Assembly: GCA_036494575.1 (NCBI GenBank)
Contig: DASXOE010000020.1
Location: 4,638 to 68,637, forward strand
Length of the DNA stretch: 64,000 nucleotides
Direction: 5' to 3'
DNA from: Polyangia bacterium
GTDB lineage: Bacteria; Myxococcota_A; Polyangia; Fen-1088
Shown: piece by piece, positions 52,801 to 61,200 of the stretch
Position numbering within the stretch: the first letter of the stretch is position 1
Layout of the letters: each line of letters opens with the position of its first letter
Position numbers and translations under genes: made by a program
The notes under the pieces: model-generated
The model's input: only the letters and a program-made list of their open reading frames with translations
Databases searched by the model: none
Told to the model about the DNA's origin: nothing

Positions 52801-55594
52801 GGGCGCGCCCGCGGCCCCCGCCGCGCCGGGCGAGGTCGTCCTCACGCCCGAGGAGACGCAGGTCATGATGGCGCACGCCTTCGAGCGCTACTTCACGACG
52901 AGCGGCCTCTTCGGCACGCCGCAAAGCTGCCTCGCCATGGTCGACCGCCTGCGCGAGGCGGGCGTCGACGAGATCGCCTGCCTCATCGACTTCGGCGTGG
53001 CCGACGACGACGTCCTCGCGAGCCTCGTGCACCTCGACGATCTGCGCGCGCGGTGCAACAAGGAGAGCGCCGGGGCGATCGACGCGCCGGCCCCCGAGCA
53101 CGGCATCGCCGCCGAGCTGCGCCGGCATCGGGTCACGCACCTGCAGTGCACGCCCTCGATGGCGCGCATGCTGCTGAGCGAGCCCGAGACGCGCGCCGCC
53201 CTGCCCTCGCTGCGCAAGGTCCTGCTGGGCGGCGAGGCCTTGCCGGAGGCGCTCGCGGCCGAGCTCCTGACCGTGCTCGCGCCCGACGCCGAGCTGCACA
53301 ACATGTACGGCCCGACGGAGACGACGGTTTGGTCGACGACGGCGCGCGTGCGCGCGGGCGCGCCGCTCACGATCGGCCGCCCCATCGCCAACACGCGCGT
53401 CCTCATCCTCGATCGTGACGGCCGGCCCGCGCCCATCGGCGTCGCGGGCGAGCTCCACATCGGCGGCGCGGGCGTCGTGCGCGGCTACCTCGGCCGTGAG
53501 GACCTGACGCGCGAGCGCTTCGTCCCCGACGCGTACGCGCGTGACGCGGACGCGCGCCTCTACAAAACCGGGGATCTCGCGCGCTGGCGCGCCGACGGGG
53601 AGATCGAGTTCCTGGGCCGGCTAGACCACCAGGTGAAGCTCAGCGGGTACCGCATCGAGCTCGGCGAGATCGAGGCGGCGCTCGGGCGCCATCCGGCGGT
53701 CAAGAACAGCGTCGTCGTCGCGCGCGAGGACACGCCAGGCGACAAGCGCCTCGTCGCCTACGTCGTCCCGCGCGACACCGCGAGCTCGCCCGAGGCCGCA
53801 GGCGGGAACGACGCCGTCACGGGCTGGCAAGCCATTTGGAACGAGACCTACGCCGGCGGCGGCGCGCAAGCGCTCACGGCCGACGGAGACGGCCGGGCCG
53901 ACCTCGAAGCCAAGCTCGAAGACGACATCGTCGGCTGGCGCAGCAGCTACACGGGCGAGCTCATCCCGGTCGCCGAGATGCGGGAGTGGCTCGAGCACAC
54001 GGTGGCGCGCATCATGGCGCTGTCGCCGCGGCACGTGCTCGAGATCGGGTGCGGCACGGGCATGATCTTGTCGCGCGTCGCGCCCTCGTGCGCGCGCTAC
54101 GTGGGGCTCGACTTCTCGCCCGCCGTGCTGACGCGCCTGCGCGCGCGCTTGGAGCGGCGCCCCCTGCCCCAGGTCGAGCTGCGCCAGGCGGCGGCACACG
54201 AGCTCGCCGCCATCCAGCCGGCGGGCTTCGACGTCGTCGTGCTGAACTCCGTCGCGCAGTACTTCCCCGACGTTCGCTACCTCATGAACGTGCTGCGGCT
54301 GGCGCTGGACGCACTCGCCCCGGGAGGCGCCGTGTTCGTGGGCGACGTGCGCAGCCTGCCGCTCTTCGAGGCGTTCGCGACGTCCGTCGAGCTCGCGCAG
54401 GCGCCCGACGCGCTCGACGTGGGCGAGCTCGCGACGCGCATCGAACGGCGGCGCCGCCACGACGGCGAGCTCGTGATCGATCCGGAGCTCTTCCACGCGC
54501 TCCGCTCCGAGCTACCCGACCTCGCCGCCGTCGACGTCCAGCTCAAGCGCGGGCTCCACGCCAACGAGATGAGCCGCTTCCGCTACGACGTCGTGCTGCG
54601 CAAGCGCGGCGCCGTCGCCGTGCGCGACGAGGCCGCGGCGGCGGCCGCCTCTCGCGCCTCCGACGTCGCGGCGCCCGTGTCCGCGCAGACCTTCGCCGAG
54701 CTCGAGCGGCTCCTGGCCCAGGCCCCGGCCAACCTCGAGGTGCGCGACGTGCCGAACGCGCGCGTCGCGCGCGAGCTCGACGCGCTGGCGCGGCTCGCGC
54801 AGAAGCCCCGTCCCGCCACCGTCGCCGACCTGCGCGCGCGCCTCGACGGGGGCGGAGCCGCCGGCGTAGAGCCCGAGGCGCTGTGGACGCTGGCGCCGGA
54901 CTACGACGTCGCCATCACCTGGTCGGCCAGCGGACCGCGGGCCTTCGACGCGCGCTTCCGGCGGCGCGACGCCGGCCCGCTGGCTCCGGTGGCGCCCGCC
55001 GACGGCGCGCCCCGCGCCCTGGCCAGGCCCTGGGAGAGCTACGCGCGCGGCCCCGAGCGGCGCGCGAGCGGCGGCGGCGAGCTCGTGTCGGACCTGCGCG
55101 CGCGGCTCAAGCAGACCTTGCCCCCCTACATGATTCCGAGCGCGTTCGTCGTACTCGACGCGCTGCCGCTCACGGCCAATGGGAAGGTCAACCGCAAGGC
55201 GCTCCCCGCGCCCGATCGCGATCGTCACGAGGCTGCCGCCGCCTACGTCGCGCCCGCGAGCGAGCTCGAGCGCATCATCACGGAGGTCTGGCAGGCGCTG
55301 CTCGGGCTCGGCCAGGTGAGCACGCAGGACAATCTTTTCGATCTGGGCGCGAACTCGCTCCTCATGGTGCAGGCCAACGGCCGCCTCAAGACGGCGCTCG
55401 GGCGCGATCTCTCGCTCGTCGAGATGTTCCGCTTCCCCAGCATCGCCACGCTCGCGGCCCACCTGGCCGCCGCGGGGACGGGCGACGGCGCCAAGGCCGA
55501 CGGGCGCTCGGAGGCGGCCGATCGCGGGCAAGACCGCGGCCAGCAGCGCCGCGATGCCTTGTTGCGCCGTCGCCCGCCGCGCGAGCGCTCCTGA
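49865..55594 (+). CDS. NRPS module C-A-T with a doubly interrupted, glycine-type adenylation domain (A[LLM/MOx][MT])
   Basis: 1909 aa from the ATG at 49865, 19 nt after the PKS stop. C: YPLSPVQAGMLF, FFHGVLDGGS (His codon 50291-50293). A: LAYVIFTSGSTGRPKG, SFDISVLE, NMYGPTETT, YKTGDLARW, GRLDHQVKLSGYRIELGEIE, LPPYMIPS, NGKVNRK. T: LFDLGANSLLM (Ser codon 55355-55357). No TE or R domain. Confidence 0.95.
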   Translation: MTSDRDERYPLSPVQAGMLFNRLSAPASGVDIEQMIAGLPEEVDAAALEQAWRLVVERHAVLRTSFSWGGPGAPEQRVAAAVEVPFALHDWRGVPSAEQDERLEAFLVDDRRRGFDLARAPLLRFALFRRGADDAQLVWTFFHGVLDGGSFVAIVNEAFDVYEALRRGEKPSAPAPLPYRAHIEWLEGELRAKAEAARAFWHARLEGFAAPNVLTAAGSDGAAPRGHGERAFRLSHGETARLRAFGEAAGLTLNTFVQGAWALVIAASTGEDDVVFGATRACRRSSVPGAEGMAGVFINTLPLRLAVDAAASAGDWLRVVRERHREVRAFEHTPLADVLAASDVPGDQSLFESIIVFNERLMEAVMQAQGGAWARRTFRWIEQTNFPITLFGYAEDELLLKLSYDRARLDDEAATRLTERLRAVLAALAANPEARIGDLPTVAPEERALVVERWNDTRVDVPRDRCVHELIEAQAAATPDAVAVVYRDARLTYRELDQRADALARTLQARGVGPDTLVGLFVDRSLEMVVGLLGILKAGGAYVPLDPEYPTERLAMMLEDSQARVIVTRTALRSALPPRADAEIVTVELAEASAPAAGAPTLHRAVAPHNLAYVIFTSGSTGRPKGVMIEHRNVINFFAGMDARIGADRGVWLAVTSISFDISVLELLWTLARGFEVVVHGDGDRRAAAEGSARSEPGDGRGRMDFSLFYFASAAGAAVGQRYRLLLEGTKFADAHGFSAVWTPERHFHEFGGIYPNPSVTGAALAVLTRNVQIRAGSVVLPLHNPIRVAEEWSVVDNLSGGRVGLSFASGWHANDFALMPESYADRKNVMIRGIETVRRLWRGESVPARSGTGAEIQVRVLPRAVQAEPPLWVTAAGSPDTFRFAGELGANVLTNMLGQSVADLTAKIAVYREARRAHGHAGPGQVSLMLHTFVGVDRDEVRAKVRDPFMAYLETSTDLIKKAKWEFPAFAQPGKDRAGAPAAPAAPGEVVLTPEETQVMMAHAFERYFTTSGLFGTPQSCLAMVDRLREAGVDEIACLIDFGVADDDVLASLVHLDDLRARCNKESAGAIDAPAPEHGIAAELRRHRVTHLQCTPSMARMLLSEPETRAALPSLRKVLLGGEALPEALAAELLTVLAPDAELHNMYGPTETTVWSTTARVRAGAPLTIGRPIANTRVLILDRDGRPAPIGVAGELHIGGAGVVRGYLGREDLTRERFVPDAYARDADARLYKTGDLARWRADGEIEFLGRLDHQVKLSGYRIELGEIEAALGRHPAVKNSVVVAREDTPGDKRLVAYVVPRDTASSPEAAGGNDAVTGWQAIWNETYAGGGAQALTADGDGRADLEAKLEDDIVGWRSSYTGELIPVAEMREWLEHTVARIMALSPRHVLEIGCGTGMILSRVAPSCARYVGLDFSPAVLTRLRARLERRPLPQVELRQAAAHELAAIQPAGFDVVVLNSVAQYFPDVRYLMNVLRLALDALAPGGAVFVGDVRSLPLFEAFATSVELAQAPDALDVGELATRIERRRRHDGELVIDPELFHALRSELPDLAAVDVQLKRGLHANEMSRFRYDVVLRKRGAVAVRDEAAAAAASRASDVAAPVSAQTFAELERLLAQAPANLEVRDVPNARVARELDALARLAQKPRPATVADLRARLDGGGAAGVEPEALWTLAPDYDVAITWSASGPRAFDARFRRRDAGPLAPVAPADGAPRALARPWESYARGPERRASGGGELVSDLRARLKQTLPPYMIPSAFVVLDALPLTANGKVNRKALPAPDRDRHEAAAAYVAPASELERIITEVWQALLGLGQVSTQDNLFDLGANSLLMVQANGRLKTALGRDLSLVEMFRFPSIATLAAHLAAAGTGDGAKADGRSEAADRGQDRGQQRRDALLRRRPPRERS
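51917..53128 (+). other. Luciferase-like monooxygenase (MOx) domain inserted between A-domain cores A4 and A5
   Basis: The insert contains MDFSLFYFAS.., ..FSAVWTPERHFHEFGGIYPNPSV.., ..LPLHNPIRVAEEWSVVDNLSGGRVGLSFASGWH.. and ..PPLWVTAAGSPDTFRFAGELGANVLT.. Borders were set by alignment with the uninterrupted paralogous A domain at 58202-61537 and are accurate to about +/-30 nt. Confidence 0.8.
53777..55093 (+). other. SAM-dependent methyltransferase domain inserted between A-domain cores A8 and A9
   Basis: SAM motif I HVLEIGCGTGMIL; post-I GLDFS; motif II/III region FDVVVLNSVAQYFPD..LAPGGAVFVGD. Flanked by ..KRLVAYVVPRD and LRARLKQTLPPYMIPS. Borders were set by the paralogue alignment. Confidence 0.75.
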
Positions 55595-55625
55595 TGCCCG
55601 CCGCGCGAGCGCCGCGGGGATGCCG

Positions 55626-56525
55626 TCAGGGCGCGCCTGGCCCGAGGCCCGTCAGCTTCTCGCTGACATCCCACAGCCGCGCCGCGACAGCGGCGTCGAG
55701 CGAGCGCGGCGACGAGCGCGCCTCGGCTGAATCGCGGAAGTAGCGGCCGCTCACGCCCTCGAGCGTCGGCGAGGCCGCGACGAACAGGCTCGTCGCGGCG
55801 CCCTCCTTCGGCCCGGGCCTCCCCCGGCGCGTCAGGAAGCGCAGCGGGGCGGGCCGGCCCTCGAAGGCCACGAGCAGGTTCGTGCCGATGACGCCCGGGT
55901 GCAGGCAGTTCGCCGTCACGCCAGTGCCCGCGAGACGCCGCGCGAGCTCGAACGTGAACAGCATGTTGGCGTGCTTCGATTGATAGTAGGCGTCGAGGCG
56001 CTCGTAGGGCCTTTTCTCCCTCCCGAGATCGTCGAAGTCGAGGACGGCCATGCCCTCGACCTGCGAGGCGACGTTGACGATCCGCGCAGGCGCGCTCGCC
56101 TTCAAGGCGTCGAGCAAGAGGTTCGTCAGCAAGAACGGGGCGAGGTGATTGACGGCGAGCTGAGTCTCGAGTCCGTCGACGGTCGTCGAGCGCTTCGGCG
56201 TGATCACGGCCGCGTTGTTGACGAGCACGTGCAGGTGGTCGTGGCGGGCGCGGACCTCGGCGGCGAGCCGGCGCACCTCCGCCTGCGACGACAGGTCGGC
56301 CACGAGGAGCTCGACGTCGCGGCGCCCCGTGCGCCGCCCGATCTCCGAGACGGCGTCGCGGCCGCGCGCCGCATCGCGCCCGGCCACGATCACCGTGGCG
56401 CCACGCTCGGCGAGGCCGAGCGCCGTCTCGCGCCCGATGCCGCTCGTGGCGCCCGTGACGAGGCAGATCCGTCCCGCCATCGAGGGCGCGGAAGCCGGGG
56501 CGCCCCCGGGAGAAGCGCCGCTCAT
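55626..56525 (-). CDS. Short-chain dehydrogenase/reductase (retinol-dehydrogenase/WWOX-like classical SDR)
   Basis: 300 aa from the ATG at 56525, which overlaps the upstream stop (ATGA). Contains ICLVTGATSGIGRETA, NNAAV, NVASQ and YYQSKHAN (YxxxK). Confidence 0.85.
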   Translation of the reverse strand: MSGASPGGAPASAPSMAGRICLVTGATSGIGRETALGLAERGATVIVAGRDAARGRDAVSEIGRRTGRRDVELLVADLSSQAEVRRLAAEVRARHDHLHVLVNNAAVITPKRSTTVDGLETQLAVNHLAPFLLTNLLLDALKASAPARIVNVASQVEGMAVLDFDDLGREKRPYERLDAYYQSKHANMLFTFELARRLAGTGVTANCLHPGVIGTNLLVAFEGRPAPLRFLTRRGRPGPKEGAATSLFVAASPTLEGVSGRYFRDSAEARSSPRSLDAAVAARLWDVSEKLTGLGPGAP

Positions 56526-57403
56526 GGCGCCGCCCGCGCGACGCGCGCCCCGCCAGCGACCAGCGTCGCGCGCGCCCAGGCGTCGATGGACGCGAAAAGC
56601 GCGTCTTGCTGGCTCCGCAGCGTGAGGGTGTGATCCGCGATGTTCATGAACTCGACTCGAACGCGCGGATGACCGCGCAGCGCCGGGAAGGTGTCGCCGA
56701 ACTGTCCCGCGTAATTGTAGAACTCCGTCATACCGCCTCCCGTGAACACGAAGAAGAGCTCGGCGTCGCGCGCCAAGATTGCTTTCAGCTCCGCGAGGCA
56801 GATTTCCCGCGGCGGGAACTCGCGCACGAAGCCCACGCCTCCGGGGTTGTCGCCCGCAGGCGCCCCGCCAGCCTGCGCGCCGGCACGGGCCTTCCACCAG
56901 GAGAGCGGGCTCGCGGCGACGCGGCGCCAGCTGCGCGCGCTCAGCAGGTGGCGTCCGTACTGGCGGACGTAGTAGCCGTTCGTGCGATAGGCGGCGCCGT
57001 CGATGAGCACGGCGCCCACGACGCGCGCGTCCTCGTGCGCGAGACGCTGCGCGTTCTCCGCGCCCGCGCACAGGCCCATGGGAACGAACCGGTCGGCGAT
57101 CCCAGACGCCGCGAGAAAGTCCATGGCCTCGATCCCCTCGGCGAGCATGCTCTGCTCGAGGCTCAGCTCGTCGCGGCGCGGCTCGCTCTCGCCAAGCCCC
57201 GAGTAATCGAAGCGCAACACGGGCAGGCCGGCCGCCGCCAGCTGGCGCGCGAGCGTCACGTAGAAACGGTTGGGACCGACGCGGTGAAGCAGCCCCGCGT
57301 TGAGCAGAAGGACGGCGGGCCGCCCCGCGGCGCCGCCCGCTGGCTCGGTGAGAATGCCCGACAGCGACTTGGCGGCGCCGAAGGTGACGGGACGCTCCTT
57401 CAC
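56522..57403 (-). CDS. Alpha/beta-fold hydrolase with Cys at the nucleophile elbow (G-L-C-A-G); resembles exosortase-A-system hydrolase 1
   Basis: 293 aa from the GTG at 57403 (GTGA overlap with the upstream stop). Contains PVLRFDYSGLGESE, FVPMGLCAGAENA and a His candidate in NIADHTL. Confidence 0.75.
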   Translation of the reverse strand: MKERPVTFGAAKSLSGILTEPAGGAAGRPAVLLLNAGLLHRVGPNRFYVTLARQLAAAGLPVLRFDYSGLGESEPRRDELSLEQSMLAEGIEAMDFLAASGIADRFVPMGLCAGAENAQRLAHEDARVVGAVLIDGAAYRTNGYYVRQYGRHLLSARSWRRVAASPLSWWKARAGAQAGGAPAGDNPGGVGFVREFPPREICLAELKAILARDAELFFVFTGGGMTEFYNYAGQFGDTFPALRGHPRVRVEFMNIADHTLTLRSQQDALFASIDAWARATLVAGGARVARAAP

Positions 57404-58197
57404 GACTCGCTCCTCGACAGCCACGCGGCGATGAGGTCCTGCGTCTGGCGCGCGCCCGCCGTGCCCTCGACGCGGTGTTGCTTCCACACCTCGGCCTCGG
57501 CGAGCACCTCGTGATCGACGCGCGCGCCCCGCGCCGCGAGCCTGGCGTCCAGGCGGTCCGCTCCTTCGAGCGCGGCGCGCTCGATGATGAGGGCCCGCGG
57601 CGCCGTGCGCGGCAGGTGGGCGAGGTCGACGGCGGCGATCGAGCGCCGCATCGCCTCGGTCACGCGGAACCCCAGGATCTCGTCGCCGCCGTCGGAGACC
57701 TGCGCGGGCGGAAGGCGGCGCCAGGTGGCGTAGGAGTCCCGCCAGGCGCGTTGAGCCGCGAAGCCCGCCTCGAGGTACTTCGCCCCCTCTGCGACCGGTT
57801 CCCAGAGCACGAGGCGGCCGACGTCCTCGCGCCGCGCGGCCGCGAGCGCGGCGAGCGTCGCGCCGAAACGAAGCCCGAGCAGCGTGACGTGCGCGACGCC
57901 CTTGCCGCGCTTGGCCTCCTCGACGGCCGCGGCGACGTCACCGAGCCACACGTCGACGTCGCCGTGCTCGGTGGCGCCGGCCGAGTCGCCCGCCCCCGAG
58001 TAGTCGAACCTCAGCACGGAGAAGCCGTCCTTGGCGAGACGCACGGCCAGCTGGCGCAACACCCGGTGCGCGCGGATGGCCTCTTGCCACAGCGGCGCGC
58101 ACACGACGAGCGCGCGCGACGTGGCCGCGGCCCGCGGCGGCTCGTGCCAGACCCCGAACAGCGAGCGCGCTGGTTCGCCGAAGTAGAAAGCCGGCAC
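57400..58197 (-). CDS. Alpha/beta-fold hydrolase-like protein with Arg at the nucleophile position (G-L-R-F-G); resembles exosortase-A-system hydrolase 2
   Basis: 265 aa. The GTG start lies 4 nt after the NRPS stop. Contains SVLRFDYSGAGDSAG and HVTLLGLRFGATLAALAA. Confidence 0.7.
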   Translation of the reverse strand: MPAFYFGEPARSLFGVWHEPPRAAATSRALVVCAPLWQEAIRAHRVLRQLAVRLAKDGFSVLRFDYSGAGDSAGATEHGDVDVWLGDVAAAVEEAKRGKGVAHVTLLGLRFGATLAALAAARREDVGRLVLWEPVAEGAKYLEAGFAAQRAWRDSYATWRRLPPAQVSDGGDEILGFRVTEAMRRSIAAVDLAHLPRTAPRALIIERAALEGADRLDARLAARGARVDHEVLAEAEVWKQHRVEGTAGARQTQDLIAAWLSRSES

Positions 58198-58201
58198 GAC
58201 C

Positions 58202-61200
58202 TCACTCCTTCGAGATCATGCGCTTGAGCGCTCCGAAGACCCCGCGCGCCTTGGGCGCATCGAGGCCGCGCGCCTGATCGCACTTGGCGGCGACCTGGGC
58301 GAGGTTCTGGAGAATGAGCTCGGCGACGCTGAGGCGCTTTTTCAACCGCTGCTCGATGTGGTGCACGACCTGCGTCGACAGCAGCGAGTGCCCGCCCAAA
58401 TCGAAGAAGTTGTCGTAGATCGACACGCGCGGCACCCCCAGCACCTGCTGCCAGATCTCGGCGATGGCCTGCTCGGTCGGCGTGCGCGGGGCCACGAAGC
58501 TGTCGACGACGCCGTCGACCGCGCCGGCTCCGGCGCCGCCTTGGACGGCGGCGGCCTGCGGCGCCGGCAGCGCCTTGCGATCGACCTTGCCGTTCGGCGT
58601 CAGCGGCAGCCGCTCGAGCGTGACGAAGGCGCTCGGGACCATCGGCTCCGGGAGCCGCTCGCGCAACATCCGGCGCAGGTCGGCGGCCGCGGGCACGGCG
58701 CCCGCGAGGTACGCGACGAGGCGCTGGTCGCCCGCCTGGCCTGATTCACCGGGCCGCGCGACGACGACCGCCTCCCGAGCGCCCGACACCTCGCGCAAGA
58801 CGAGCTCGACCTCGCCGAGCTCGACGCGGTGGCCGCGGATCTTGACCTGGTGATCGAGGCGCCCGAGGAACTCGACGCGGCCGTCGCCGAGATAGCGGCA
58901 GAGATCGCCCGTGCGGTAGAGCCGGCCCGCTCCGAACGGGTTCTCCACGAACCGCTCGGCCGTGAGCTCCGGACGCCCCAGGTATCCGCGCGCGACGCCC
59001 GCGCCCCCGATGTACAGCTCCCCCGGGACCCCGATGGGCACCGGCTCGCGGTGGGCGTCGAGAATGTAGAGCGACGTGTTGGCGAGGGGCCGGCCGATCG
59101 GGATGGGTTGCGAGACGCCGCGCGACAGCGCGTCTCGATCGACCCGGAACGTCGTCGAATAGATCGTCGTCTCCGTCGGGCCGTACCCGTTGAAGAGGTC
59201 GCCCCCGAACGCTGCCAGCAGGTCGCGCGCGAGCGCGGGCGGCAGCGCCTCGCCGCCCAGAATCATGACCTCGAGCCCGCCGAGCGCCGCGCGGGCGGTG
59301 GCGTCGGCGACGAGCAGGCCCGCCATCGACGGCGTGCACTGAAAATGCGTCACGCCGTGGGCCGACACGGCGGCCGCGAAGGCGCGGGCCTTGTCGTCCT
59401 CCTCCGCCTGCACGATCACGGTGAAGCCGCGCGTGACCGTCCACAAGAGCTCGAGCACCGAGATGTCGAACGAGAGGCTCGTCACAGCGAGCCAGACGCC
59501 GGGCTTCTTGTGATCTGGCTTCGCGTGATCTGGCTTCGCGTGATCTGGCTTCGCGCCGAGCGCGGCGTCCATGCCGGCGAACAGGTTCGAGGCCTGGCGG
59601 TGCTCGAGCATCACGCCCTTGGGAGTGCCCGTCGAGCCGGACGTGTAGATGACGTAGGCGAGATTGTCGGGCCGCGCGCTCGCCTTCGCGTCGCCGTCGT
59701 CGTCCAACCGGCCATCGTCGCGGTGGCGCGCGATGGCGCTCGCCTCGGCGTCGAGGCAGAGGGCGCGCGCCGCGCCGAGCGGCAGCTCGGCCCCGATCGA
59801 GGAGACCGTCACGACGACGCCGACGCGCGAGTCGCCGATCATCTGCGCGAGCCGCGCCTTGGGGTAGGCGGGATCGAGCGGGAGGTACGCGCCGCCCGCC
59901 TTGAGGACCGCGAGGACGGCGACGACGATGTCCGGGCCGCGCGGCAGGCACACCCCGACGAGCCCGTCCGGCCCGACGCCGAGCTCGCGCAAGTGCCGCG
60001 CGAGGCGATTGGCGCGACGCTCGAGCTCGTCGTAGGTCAGCGCGTCTTCTCCCGTGCGCACGGCGACTTGCCCCGGCGTGCGCGCGGCCTGCCGCTCGAA
60101 TTCGGCGTGAATGCAGCTCGGCGTCGTGGCCGTCGCCGTCTCGTTCCACTCCGTGAGCACCCGCCGGCGCTCCGCGTCCGTGATCACGGGGAGCCGCGAG
60201 AGCCGCTCGTCGGGATGCGCGACCCCGGCCGCGATGACGTGGGCGAAGTTGGCGATGAAGCGCGAGATCGTCTCCCCGTCGTAGAGGTCGGAGCTGTACG
60301 TGAAGTAGCCCACGAGACCGTCGCGGGCCTCCTCGAGCTGCGCGAGGAGGTCGAACATCGAGTCGCCGTGGGGCGCGTCGACGGACGTCACCGTCACGCC
60401 AGGCAGCGTGAGCGCCGTGTCCGGCGCCACGAGGTAGCCGATCATGATCTGGAAGAACGGGTTGTGGCTGGCGTCGCGCGCGGGGCGCAGCACCTCGACG
60501 ATCTTCTCGAACGGCACGTCTTCGTGGGCCGCCGCGCCCGCGATGACCTCGCGCGCGCGCCCGAGCAGCTCGCGAAACGTGGGATCGCCCGCCAGGCTCA
60601 CGCGCAGCACGACCGTCGCGGCGTAAAAACCGACCGACTCCTCGATCTCGGTGCGTCCGCGGTTGCCGAAGGGCGACCCGACGAGAACGTCGTCCTGTCC
60701 GGTGTAGCGCTGGAGGAGCAGCGCGAACGCCGCGAGCAACCCGGAGAACGAGGTGGTCTTCTCCTGGCGGCACAGCGCCGCGAGCGCCGCGGCGCCCTCG
60801 CGCGTCGCGAGGTGCGCGCGCAGCCGGTGGCCGCGTCCGCTCGGCGTCGCCGGCCGCGGCCGATCGGACGGCAGCTCGGCCGATGGCAGCTCGCCGCTCA
60901 GCCGCTCGCGCCAATAGCTCACGAGGCGCTCGAGCTCCGGGCCCTGCAGCAATTCCTTTTGCCACAGCGCATAGTCGGCGTACTGGATCGCGACATTGGG
61001 CAGCGGCGAAGGCCGGCCGGCCGCGAAGGCCGCGTAGAGAGCCGACAGCTCGTTGAAGATGATCGAGATCGCGATGCCGTCGACGACGATGTGGCTCGCG
61101 TTGACGAGGAACACGTGGTCGTCCGCGCCGAGGCGCACGAGCCGGGCCCGCACGAGCGGACCCACCTTGAGATCGAACGGCGCCGACGCCGCCTCGGCGA

